Source of the DNA: Tubulanus polymorphus
Lineage: Eukaryota > Animalia > Nemertea
Direction: 5' to 3'
DNA: 64,000 nt
Assembly (NCBI RefSeq): GCF_964204645.1
Contig: NC_134025.1
Span: 19,567,101 to 19,631,100 of the forward strand
A program made the position numbers and the translations under genes. Of this stretch, positions 1 through 11,440 are shown piece after piece (within the stretch, counting starts at the first letter, position 1; the number at the start of each line of letters is the position of its first letter). The notes under the pieces are model-generated. The model did no database searches. It was not told the origin of the DNA and saw only the letters and a program-made list of their open reading frames with translations.

Positions 1-8
1 TTGAAGCG

Positions 9-213
9 ATGTAGAGAGAATCCCACAATAATAAGAAAAACAGTCCGAAAATGTTACTTTGAGCTCGTAGTTTATTCAACGTTTCAACTATATCCTTATA
101 TCCATTATTCCTGAAGATGACTATTAGGATATAGTAAAAACGTTGAATAAACTACTAGCTCAAAGTAACATTTTCAAACTGTTTTCGTTATTATTGTGGG
201 ATTCTCTCTACAT
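9..213. repeat. Near-perfect ~205-bp palindrome (foldback) with a degenerate Penelope-type hammerhead ribozyme core
   Basis: ATGTAGAGAGAATCCCACAATAATAA at 9 is the reverse complement of TTATTATTGTGGGATTCTCTCTACAT ending at 213, and the arms pair over ~85 bp. The centre has ATTC-CTGAAGA-TGACTATTAGGATATAGT-AAAAACGTTGAAT. Confidence 0.75.
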
Positions 214-243
214 TGGCGATGAAGGTATCAACAACAAACTTAC

Positions 244-2238
244 CTATGATTAACATTATTTCTTCTTTTGCATTGAAGTTTCTCTTCAATGTGAACTGCC
301 TGATGAGCAAGAAACTGACCATACTGAATGAATTCTGTCTGACAAAACGTGCACATAAATTTCACGCAGTCAGCTGGTAGCTGCAAAAATGAAACGTCAG
401 TTATCATAGACCTCATTGAAAAGACAATAGCCACGCTCGAAATAGATTCACGTACTACTTCATCAATTGGCTCAGCAGTATCATCCGCTACAGTGGAAGA
501 TTCAGATATTCCAACAATTTTTCTAGGACGTCCTCTCTTCTTCCTTACAGGTTGAGCAGTTTCTGCCTCAGCAACAATTGTGTTAATTGTGTTTTTAACA
601 TCAATGTTAGTTTCTATTCCATTGAATAGGTTGTCTTGCTGCAATGTAGACATAACTTTAAACTAGGGGTCCAGGGACACCATGCCCACTTGGTAGAATG
701 CTTGACAATTTTAACAATTTCAATATTCAACACTCTTTTGTGAACAAATACATCAGTACAGCAATCTTTAGAGATGATCTCACCACAATGATAGACTTAT
801 CATCAGCTATAGTTTTTCGATTGAAGTTACAAAAATATGCATAGGTACAAATTAATATAGAAATTCCATGTCATTCCACTATTCAACGCAGAAGCACCTT
901 GTACTGTAGCATTGTGTGATAACATCATACCATTTAAAACACAGTCCCGTGTTTCAGACGTTACTGACATATGGGCCTATAATCGTGAATAAATTGGGTT
1001 CTAGTCCTGACAATGTCACTTTCCATTTTACTCACACAATTGATTTCCGTACGTGAAGGATTTCAGGTCTGATTGAAGGCTGCATCAAGCATGGCTTGAA
1101 TTTTGTTTGAATTTTAAACATATATTACAGCAACAATTATACTAGAGCTAAGCTAGCAATACCCTATGCTGATGAAAGTTAAGTAGGCCTATTTGACAAA
1201 ATAAATAGGGATCAATAACTTTTGAAGAAGATGGCGAAGGCTATGCTTCACCCTGCCAAACAAGAACAAGGTCTTACTTAACCCAAAATAGCCAATGGTC
1301 AGCCATTTTGAATACAACTGTGATGCACATCAATAAGGCTTGTTATCTTCATCCAATATTGCTACCAATACATAAGGAAATAGGCCTACTATTCAACACC
1401 CCCTTGTTTACAAATACATTAACCAATGATCACAATCATCAACAAGGCAATTTGATACTACTGTGGTATCAAATTGCCTTGATGATGTGAGTCCCAAGTG
1501 GGCTAAAAATGGGTAGGGCTATTACCAATTCTATGTGGAGAGTGTCTATGTCCATTGTTCCACACTTACATGAATGACAATGCAAACAACAATAGAAGCT
1601 AGTTATTGAATCGAATCGAATCAGGCAAGTATTTGGGCTATAGATTTGTCTAGGGTAGTACGTAACTCCAAATATAAGGACAATCCATTGAAGCGTCTTC
1701 AAAACGTCCCAAAATAACTGGATTTTGTCTACAGATTGATGATGGATGAAAGTCACTAATTCGGCATTGAACTTTTTCAAAGAAGCAAATTTTCTTTTGT
1801 TTATTATTTTGCCAATGAAGAATCACTTGTATGATAACAATAGGTTGTTCACTTAGGCTATGTGAAAGTCCATAAAACCACCTCAATCCTGTTCAACAGT
1901 TACGCGCTCAAATTTGACTCAGATTTAAAACATAACATTAACTCACAACTATGGAACTGGATTCTATGGAGCAAAATGTAGAATAGTCACCTCAATGTCA
2001 TCAGGATGTTCTGATGTTGAATCTATGAAGTTATCGATAACTTTTTGACAACTGTCCTTCGTGTTCAGATGTTCTGTTAGTAGATTTAAACTAACACTCG
2101 AGTAGCGGCATCCTTTACATTGAAACAATGCTAGAACACTTATAGATGAGCTCAATTCTCCAATATCAACAATACTGTCTAAAAATGTTGCATTTTCGGT
2201 ATCTTTCAAAATCAAGGAATTAGATACCATCGTCATCA
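244..2238 (-). CDS. AT-hook / C2H2 zinc-finger protein, partial (continues off the left edge)
   Basis: Exon ~2238-1991 (acceptor tttcag, donor GAG|gtgac) encodes FQCKGCRYSSVSLNLLTEH. Exon ~662/653-244 (donor AG|gtaag) encodes the AT-hook KKRGRPRK and CTFCQTEFIQYGQFLAHQAVH. Joining the two exons is inferred. Confidence 0.6.
661..1509 (-). mobile_element. Helentron-associated (HINE/DINE-1-like) non-autonomous element, diverged copy
   Basis: Termini are the reverse complement of the 56926-58194 copy: AACTAGGGGTCCAGGGACACCATGCCCACTTGG at 661 and CCCAAGTGGGCTAAAAA at ~1493-1509. A further fragment of the family lies at ~1620-1790. Confidence 0.7.
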
Positions 2239-3640
2239 CTGAAAAACTTTTAAAAAATGACGCCAATTAAATGATGAACAATTAAAATGATCATATCTTT
2301 CTCTATAGATTTGTGTGATGACACATTTACCAGTCAATAGACCTGAATACATCTGCTTTAGTGGTGGTTACTGTGATGCAATGAGAGTTAGAAATTATAC
2401 AATAATTGTGGAATTAAAGGGAGTGGTTATTTAGCCCGATACGGTTACGGTACACAAAAAGTTATTTTGCCTAGGCCTATGTTGTCACTATTGCCATTTC
2501 ACTGAATAAACATCACATGCGGGCTGAGACTACCAGTGTCTAAAATGTACATTGTTTATCGCGAGTTGAAATGTCATACCGGTAAATGTAAATGCACCAT
2601 AGGGGTTTCAAAATTCGTGGTTTGTTTTAGCTCTGGGGAGGTATCAAGGCATATACTGAACAGGTTCAAGGTGATGTAATTGTGGTTGTAAAACTGTTTT
2701 TTCCTCTCTTACTTCTGAGGTTCAAGTCACATTATGTGAGGCATCGCTCTCTTGCAATGGGACCAAAGGGTAAGATGAGTGAGGATGCTCATAATTATTG
2801 AATGGAAGATATCATGCGTTTTGTTGGTCTATTCAAACAGATGAGCTATAAACAATGTCCAGTATGGCAGAAAACCAGTTCTGACCATTTAAGTTTGTAA
2901 TATCCCTAGTTATGTATGCTTATTTGGCTGTATGGCAAAATATCTTCTTGGAGCGTTTTTTTAGCCTGCACTAGTGAAGAGCTCCCTAAATGTCACCTCA
3001 CTCAAAATCAGCCAATCAGAGACAATAGACCTATACTATAGGCCTAAGACAAAATTGCTTTTTGAGGACAGAAACCCTATCCGGCAAAATAACCACTTCC
3101 GAAATAAAAACTATCAAGAGGGTGACGGCGTCTGTCACTTAGATTTCATAATCACAGGCCTGTGTGTTCAATGAAGATTAAATATCCCAAAAAATCGATC
3201 CCACACCAGTCACCAGCACCACACCAGACAATATTCCCAGTGGATATTTAGCCGTATAGCCTACGGCAGACTGTTTACTTCCGCTATTTTACCGTACATC
3301 GTCACTAATTGACTCATTTACGTTGTGCATGCGCACAAAGGTGCACGATTTCAAATAAAGTGTGGAGAGTGCAATAAATTTGAATTTGAAGAAATTGTGC
3401 GGATTTAGCGGGATTCGAACTCGGGCCATCGTATCGCTAGCGTAACGTCTAGTAGACCCAGGGACGGATCCAAGCTGAGCGAAAGGGGGGTCAACTCATA
3501 TGACAAGGGCACTTTATTTATCGTGGAAGACATCCCGGTGTGCGCTGATGTTCATGCAGGGGGTCTGGGGGTCCTCCCATAGAAAATTTGGAAAAATTAT
3601 GCACATTCTTATACAATTTTAGTGCATATGACTGCTTTAA

Positions 3641-3840
3641 AGACCCGAACACACTGAGCGATTTCGTTCGCCCATTTCGTCACCCGGGCAATCACCTTCG
3701 GCGCTTTAGTCTGCCGGCGAAATCGCCTAAATCGCGACAGAATTGATAGCAAGGTGCCGCTAGCAGCTGGTCGTTTCAAATTAAGCGGCGCTGTTCGCCG
3801 ATTTCGTCGGGCGACAAAATCGCCCAGTGCGGGCGGGCCT
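3641..3840. mobile_element. PIF/Harbinger-type MITE
   Basis: Imperfect TIRs AGACCCGAACACACTGAGCGATTT / AAATCGCCCAGTGCGGGCGGGCCT with TAA on both flanks. The same TIR family occurs at 53473-53864. Confidence 0.7.
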
Positions 3841-4686
3841 TAAGAAGTACTGTGAACTTTCGTCATAGATCAATGTCAGATGGAATTTTTCACATGTGAT
3901 TTTGAAAAAGGGCACTTGGTCAGAAAAGGGGGGGTTCGGGGGTCCGAACCCCTCTTTACTTTTCTTTACAGTCCAGGGATAACCCGTTGCCTGTGCACTA
4001 GCGGGTCTCCAAAACTTTGGTCTGGTCCCCTAACCTCCATCTCTAAACCTAACCCTAAACTCAATATAATGATTTCATTGTTACTTTTATTAGTTTATAT
4101 TATAATACATAGGGTACAGTAAAATAGCGGAAGATACTTTGCCATACATACAATATGGCTAAATATCCTACATAAGGCTCATTAGCTATTTTACCCCTAT
4201 AATGAACCTCAGGTGAAATATCCATTCCGAAAAATATTCAGTATTTAGGGGGGCCGTCTCAAAATATCGCCACATATTTCTACACGAAATTAGGGGGAAG
4301 GGGTGAATGCCATACGTGTGGCGTGCACACATTGTGTCTGAAGTGTTGATAATTGTATCAGGGGATATTTGTTTTGTATTGGTGTATATAAATGTTTTTT
4401 TCTCTTTTCCAAATTTTCTCTTTTGTTAATAACTGCAATTGTAATTTGTTCACTTTATTGTTGTATGTCTGGTAACGTTTCAACAAAGATCAATGATCAA
4501 TGAAGACGGCGTACTGTGAACTTGATTATAATTTATAGTACTGCGTCGACCACATATTCACGTATTGGTGCAAAGCCAGGATAATAATATGACAATATTA
4601 TAAGATTTCGGATTTAGCCTAATGCTGGAAAAAATCAAGAAATCAACACTTCGGTGGTCAGGTTTTGTGCATGCTGTAGAGGGGGG

Positions 4687-4920
4687 TGTTGACGGTACTA
4701 TGTTAGACGAATGAGCCTGGGTCACTGATTGACTTTGATTAGCCATTTCGGACTATCAGCAGAGGATAAACAATAACGACGTATCTTCTATGAACACTAC
4801 TGAATAACTAACTTTTTTAATCAACTGTGCATGCATACATAAACTTTTAGTACAGTACATATACTCTAGGTGTCGTACTAATCTAGTGTGCCTACACAAT
4901 TATAAGATCACATTCTAACA
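4687..4920 (-). repeat. copia 3' LTR (234 bp)
   Basis: Direct repeat of 9440-9673 with 2 mismatches seen by eye. It is preceded on the minus strand by a purine-rich tract (AGATAAGATCAAGTGGGGG, 4939-4921). Confidence 0.95.
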
Positions 4921-5450
4921 CCCCCACTTGATCTTATCTATCTTCCATCTAAAACCTAATAGTAATTATACATATACATAATATATGTTAACACGTAAAG
5001 CACCTAAAAACTTCTCATATGAGTAATGGCAATTTACAGAATTCACACAGTAAAACTACTGGTACCTGATTTTGTGGTTTTTTTTGTCCACACAAAAAGT
5101 TTTAAGTTTCAACAAAACAGGATATACATAATTTAAGAACATGCGTTTGCACTAATTTACACATTATCATGAGTTATTCTCAGAAAATGTACTAACCACA
5201 AAATAACCTTTAATAAGTTTCATTTATACTTCACTACAACCAAATATATATCAGCTGGTATGATCTGTAGTAAAAGACAAAGTTTACATTTCCTGTTACT
5301 CATAAATTCCTAATAACCTTTTATTTCAGGGTGGCTGTAAAATGTCACCGCCTACAATATAACATACAAATTCTACTCGCAAATGGAGATATTATACACA
5401 CAATTTTACGCAGTATATAAAATAACACAAAGACATGCAAAATCTACAAT

Positions 5451-8400
5451 CTACTCGCCAAAAATAAATGGCTTAAATTTCTCCAATTTGTCACGTGTTG
5501 CTGGTTTCGTAAATATATCAGCAACCATGTCAGTAGTTTGGCAGTACACGATTTCTATGAAACCTTTGTTTACTAAATCTCTCACATAATGGTAACGTAC
5601 ATCAATATGTTTCCATCTTTTATGAAACACAGGGTTTTTTGACAGAGCGATAGTACCTTGATTGTCTTCCCTAATTATAGCAGAAGAATACACCTGTTGG
5701 GTGTCAACTGAATTCGATAGTTGGATGAGATATATACTCTCTTGAGTTGCTGCTGCTCGTGCCATATACTCGCTTTCACAAGTGGAAAGCGCTACTGATT
5801 GCTGTTTTTTGCTATTCCATGATATCAATGGGCCTGTCTCTGAGAGACTGAAACAGTAACCTGTAATACTGATTCTATCATCAATTTCACTGATTCTATC
5901 ATCATGGCCCAATCGGAATCACTATAACCTATCAACTTGAGATTTTCTCGACTTTTCTTATAAGTCAGCACATAGTCTAAACTATACTTTACATATCTAA
6001 GTACATGTTTAAGTGATGTCCAGTGCTCAACTGTAGGAGCTTTCAAGTACTGTGATAATTTAGTAATCACAAAACATAGATCAGGTCTTGTGCAAGTCAT
6101 TGCATAAATAAGACTACCTATGACCTCCCGATACTTAGTATTATTACAAGGTTCACTAGAGTCATCAAAAACTAATTTCTGCTCACAGGGAGTTTTTCTA
6201 GGTTTGCAGTTTGACATCTCAAATTTCTCCAGGACGTTTGACAAATATTTTCTTTGGCTCATCGTAAAGCTATCATCTGATTGACAAAATTCAATCCCTA
6301 AGAACCAAGACAATTTCCCTAAGTCTTTCATCTCAAACTTGTTTTTGAGAACATTATTTGTTTCTCTCATCAAAGACTCGTCATTACAAGCAAGTATTAC
6401 GTCATCACCCCATAATAACAGGACTACGATTTTACCATCAACATTCTTAGTGTAAATATAGTTATCAACATCGTTTTGTAAGAAACCATTTTCTAACAGA
6501 TAACTATGAACCAAAGAGTTCCAATTGCGTCCAGACTGACGCAAACCATAGAGACTCTTTCTTAATTTCCACACTAATTTTTCTCCAGTCTCGAATAACT
6601 GTTCATAACCTTCAGGTTGATGAACGAAAATCTCGCAATCTATGGGTGCATTAAGGTATGCCGTTTTGACATCCATTTGATGTAGCGTAAGATTATATTG
6701 AGCTGCCATCTGCATCAATCCACGAATAGAAGTCAACCTCACAGTCGGTGCGAAAGTTTCGTGATAATCTATACCTCTAATTTGACTGTATCCTTTAGCT
6801 ACATATCGTGCTTTATACAATATATTATCATCGTTTGTATCTTTAATGGTGAATACCCAACGACCCCCCACTGGTTCCCGACCCTCGGGGAGAGTTGTTA
6901 ACTCAAATGTGTCATTCTTTGATAATGACTTCATTTCATCGTCCATCACTGCTTTCCATGAGTTCGAATCTGGGGAATTCATGGCCTCATTATTGTTTGT
7001 GGGTATACTGATATCCCACTGATATCCCACAAAAATAATCATAATTATACAATAACTCATCAGTATCAGTATTGGTATTAAAATCTGACACAAAGTCATC
7101 GAACCTTTTCGGCGGATTAACATTCCTTCTCTTAGGATACCTAGATTGACTACATGCATTTCTATTTTCAGTGTTACTAGAACTTGAACTGTCTACATTT
7201 TCACTAGTCTCTGAAACAGGGATTTCATCTTTTTCGGATGAATTAGTAGCGTGTCGTGACGCACGTCGGCTAAACGATAAATCATCATCATCATCATGAA
7301 TGTTCCTGTCAAGATTTGTTTGGGTCTGTTGCTCTGCAACATTCTTATGTGGAAATTTTACAAGTCTGTATTTCAGAACTTTTCTTGTCTCGGGAAAATA
7401 CACAAGATAAGACGGACTAGATTTATCGTAGCCAACAAAAATACCCTTTTCACATCTAGTGTCTAACTTCTTCTTCTCTTGTTTATATGCAAAACAATTT
7501 GATCCGAATATATTCATATTGGCAACGTTTGGCTTTCTACCCATTAATGCCTCGTATGGTGTTTTGCCCAATCTTGAATTAAATGATCTATTCCGTATAT
7601 ACGTGGCAGCCAGAGTGGCGTAAGGCCACATATCACGAGGGAGTTTCGATTGTATTAACATACACGTTGCCATCTCAAATATCGTGCGAAAGTATCTTTC
7701 AATAGTACCGTTCTGATGTGGTGAGTAGGGTGAGCTTGTTTCAATCTTTAGAAATGAACTCCCCACCACCGTCAGACCGCATACTCTTCACATTTCCAAA
7801 TGGCGATACATCCGCAAGAAATTTCTCAGTGGCTGTGACTGTGTCACTTTTCTGTTTCAGAAAATACACATACGATACCCCAGTATAATCATCGGTGAAC
7901 GCTAAGCAATACTTATACCCACCTTTTGACTCGGGGTCGATTCCCCCGGACAGATCCACATGTACTTTTTCGAAGGGCGAAGTGGCCCTTGTATCTGGCT
8001 CGCGATTTCGAGTTTGTGTCATTTTCCCTTGTATACATACTTCGCATGAATTCTCGCTTTCGCCGTTTCTGTCGGCTTTTACTTTCATCCCTTCGACTAC
8101 GTTTTCTAAACGCAAAATATCGGCTTTGTTACAGTGTCCCATAATTTCGTGCCATTGTTGTACATTTCTAGTTACGCACACAGAATCCTTTTCTACGTTC
8201 GGACCGTAAATTTCAAAATAGTACAGTCTGCCTATCTTCTCGATATTGAAAATCATACTATTCTTGAACATGAACGCTGAGTCCGGTTAAAAGTTAATGT
8301 TAGCACCACGCTGCGTTGCTGCTTGCACAGAGAATATATTCTGCGGATATGACGGAATATAAAGTGCATCTTTCAACGTAATTTCTACATAATTTCCACG

Positions 8401-9499
8401 CGAATCCTTCACGCCGATTAACGCATCGCCGCGGCCCTGGACAATGCCAGTACACTTTTATCCGTTCGCTAACTCGATACAATGATTTTCGGGAGATTTA
8501 AATGAATCATCAAATCCCCTATGAAACCACTGTTTCTGCGTAACTATGTGGGCTGTAGCCCCACAATCCACCAACAATAATCTATCCGTTGAAGGTACAC
8601 TATTTTCCGATGTGCAGAATACGAATTCTGTACCATCTTCAACGGATTTAACTTTATCTTTATTTCTCTTCCGACAATCTGAGAAGTTGTGTGTCAGGCT
8701 TCTACACAATTTACACCATTTTCGCGCACTACTATTCGAGTCATTCTTCTGGCCACAATATTTTGCAATATGGCCAGTGTTCTGACACCTGACGGAACTC
8801 TGGTCACGGTTTCTATTAAACACCGGATTGTGCATTTTCATAACGCTGTCCGTTTCACGCGAATTCTGGGTGGCTTTCTCGGTTTCTTCATAGCTTCTCA
8901 AAGCTTGTTTGAAATCGGAGAATTCTTGTGCCTTCTCGTTTTGAGTTATTACTACTACAAAGGGCTTAGGCCTATACGAAACCGGCAACCCTTTTAATAC
9001 CATCGCTATAAGCAAACTGTCCGAAATATTCTCATCAGCTTCCCTCAGGGCTGTAGCTGCTTTTTCAGCCCTAACGACATAGTCAGTTATTGACTCTGAA
9101 TTCGTTTTTAACAAAGACGTAAGTTCCGTGTAAAGGGAAATAATTCTCGGTTTTCCCTTACCTTTATAATGCTGACGTAAAATATCCATAGTCTTTTTGT
9201 CATTGTCCTTTCCATCCCGGATTACTAGCGATAAACTCTTGTCGTCTAGGTATTGTATAATCTCGGCAAATGCCTCTTTCATTTTTATCATCGTTCACAA
9301 CTTTTCCTTCAACGACGTCTTTCAAGTTTTGTAACTTGAGATAACCCATTATCTTAATCTCCCAGTGTTCAAAATCTTTTTCTTCTCCACTGAAACAAAG
9401 TCTTGCATATCGACCAGGCTCGTGCCTGGGCCCATAACCTGTTGACGGTACTATGTTAGACGAATGAGCCTGGGTCACTGATTGACTTTGATTAGCCAT
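5451..9499 (-). pseudogene. copia gag-pol polyprotein, disrupted
   Basis: Motifs: zinc knuckle CKLCRSLTHNFSDC, protease LVDCGATAHI, WHEIMGH...CEVC, integrase HVDL/RSDGGGEF/QNGTIER, RT QMDVKTAYLN/LYGLRQSGRNW/WGDD, RNase H SDSDW/ALSTCESEY/EDNQG/ADIFTK. In-frame TAA stops at 8460 and 8289, and frameshifts near 9290, 7750, 7020 and 5900. Confidence 0.93.
9421..9439 (-). promoter_or_regulatory. Primer-binding site complementary to the internal (5'-half) region of initiator tRNA-Met
   Basis: GGTTATGGGCCCAG directly follows the 5' LTR. The plus strand reads CGTGCCTGGGCCCATAACC, versus tRNAiMet CGTGCTGGGCCCATAACC (recalled). This is the same PBS type as Drosophila copia. Confidence 0.88.
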
Positions 9500-9673
9500 T
9501 TCGGACTATCAGCAGAGGATAAACAATAACGACGTATCTTCTATGAACACTACTGAATAACTAACTTTATTAATCAACTGTGCATGCATACATAAACTTT
9601 TAGTACAGTCCATATACTCTAGGTGTCGTACTAATCTAGTGTGCCTACACAATTATAAGATCACATTCTAACA
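9440..9673 (-). repeat. copia 5' LTR (234 bp)
   Basis: Direct repeat of 4687-4920. It contains AATAAA on the minus strand and the gag ATG (9499). Confidence 0.95.
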
Positions 9674-10521
9674 GGGGGAAGGAGGAGGTTAAAATCGACC
9701 CACGCGCGTGTAGAAAATGAATTGTGTTGTGCTTGATATTTTGAGACGGCATCAGACCACAATTAGGTTAGCAGCTCGAAGATGCGTAGGGCCGGACCCC
9801 AAAAAAATAGTACCTAAAGTGAAGAAGAGGTCCCCCATAAATGTTGCCATAATTTCTGCATATGGGATAGGTAACGAATTTCGGTTATAGGTGTGGTTAA
9901 TTTTAAATCTTCACTAAAAAGATTTTGAGCCTGGATTCTGTCATTCAGTAGATTGCGTCAATCACGAGAGCCAGATGCAGATCTGCACTTTTCACATTTT
10001 AATTAATTTGGATAAATAATTTGGAATGGCCTAAGTAAGTTTTAGGAGTGGAGCAATCAAAGCCAAGTAAGCGTCATACTTGGGTCGGAAAAAAATCGGG
10101 GAATCTTGCAACCCGTTTCGAAAAACACCCTTGGCCATCGTTGCCAGTTTGAATAATTCGCCAAGTTTAGAAAGAAAGTGAAGCGGTCACAGGAAAGTGA
10201 GTGTCACCGTAGCTCGAGATCGGGCGTAGGCCTATCAAGATCTGTGGTGTGAGTTGACTCTATCCATACCGATAGCAATAAACGATTAAAATTTCAACTT
10301 GTTATCGACTTTACTTACAGAATAAATGACGCTAGAATGGGCTTAGGACGAGCGAATAATTAAGAAGTATGAAATGACAATATTTTTCTGTAACAACTCT
10401 CCAATATGGCGGAATTCCATCGATAGACTGGTTGCCTGTCGAATTCCGCGCACCTGCAGTCAGAATCGGCAACCAGTCTATCCATGGATAGCACTATCAA
10501 TCATAGAACTATATGGTCAAT

Positions 10522-10558
10522 CTACGAGCAATTATCTAACTTAGATAATTGCTCGTAG
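10522..10558. mobile_element. 37-bp perfect palindromic mini-MITE with 7-bp TSD
   Basis: CTACGAGCAATTATCTAA-C-TTAGATAATTGCTCGTAG, flanked by GGTCAAT at 10515-10521 and 10559-10565. Confidence 0.75.
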
Positions 10559-11029
10559 GGTCAATCCACCTTTTCAGCCGAGCCCATCAACGGCGGTCGA
10601 CCTGTTAACTCTCCGAGAAAATCATACTGCTTTAGATTTTTGTTCCGAATATCCATGGGATGTAGCGTATTCGAAATTTTAATTTGAAGTGAGAACGTGT
10701 CGCAGAAAACGGGCAAAGAAAAAACCTAACTTACCGTAACTACGCACGCGCGAGTTCTGATAATTATCGCTGGCACTAACTGCATTTCGGAAGCCGTAAT
10801 CTCATTTAAGTGCGACATCGACATTTCTGATATTTCCAGAAAGATATTTTATATCATAGCTCAAAGTTTATAGCAATTCCTGAATTTTTCGGAAAAATAT
10901 CACAGTTGATGAGGGCTGGGGGTGTAGAATTCCGGAAAAAAATTCCATATTATTAAATATATTTCAATTGTTTGGCCCATAAGTGAAAATCTCATTACCA
11001 ACATGTACAGCTATAAAATGAAGTAACAT

Positions 11030-11440
11030 TAGGATTAGAGTTAAGGGTTGGGGTACCAAACCGAAGGCTTGGAGACCCCACTAGTGTTAGAGTTTTACTA
11101 GAGGGTTTAGAGGGTTAGGGTTTAGAGTTTAGGGGGTTAGGGTTTAGAGGGTTAGAGTTTAGGGGGTTAGAGTTTAGAGGGTTAGTGCAATTTTATAGAG
11201 TCAATTATAGGATTAGTGTTTAGAGTTTAGAGGGTGGGTGCTTATAGTGTTTAGGGGGTTAGGGTTTAGAGAACGACTGTGTTTATAAAGTATAGGTTTA
11301 GAGGGTTAGTGTTATTAGATTCGGGTTTAGAGGGTTAGTGTTTATAGTGTATAGGGTTTAGAGGGTTAATTGCGTGGTTTTGGTTAGTGTTCATATGGGG
11401 GGTTTTAGAGGGAGTGCTAAGAGGGTTAGGGTTTAGGTTT
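11030..11440 (+). repeat. Degenerate telomere-like minisatellite (TTAGGG / TTTAGAG / GGGTTAG variants)
   Basis: Many TTAGGGTTTAGAGGG-type units, flanked by TTCCGGAATTCCGG-rich repeats (10880-10950 and 11490-11690). Confidence 0.8.

Larger units (their letters stand above)
4687..9673 (-). mobile_element. Full-length Ty1/copia LTR retrotransposon (coding region decayed)
   Basis: Two 234-bp LTRs (TGTT...AACA), 5-bp TSD GGGGG, PBS and PPT. Domain order is gag-PR-IN-RT-RNaseH, typical of copia. Confidence 0.97.
4254..9750. mobile_element. Non-autonomous DNA element interrupted by the copia insertion
   Basis: Inverted repeat GCCGTCTCAAAATATC (~4254) / GATATTTTGAGACGGC (~9735-9750), plus matching TTTCTACACG / CGTGTAGAAA subterminal motifs, brackets the copia element. 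Confidence 0.55.

Noticed and set aside
4558-4746. Independent 62-aa ORF MANQSQSVTQ...
   Set aside because: It is the gag start duplicated in the 3' LTR, reading into flanking DNA.
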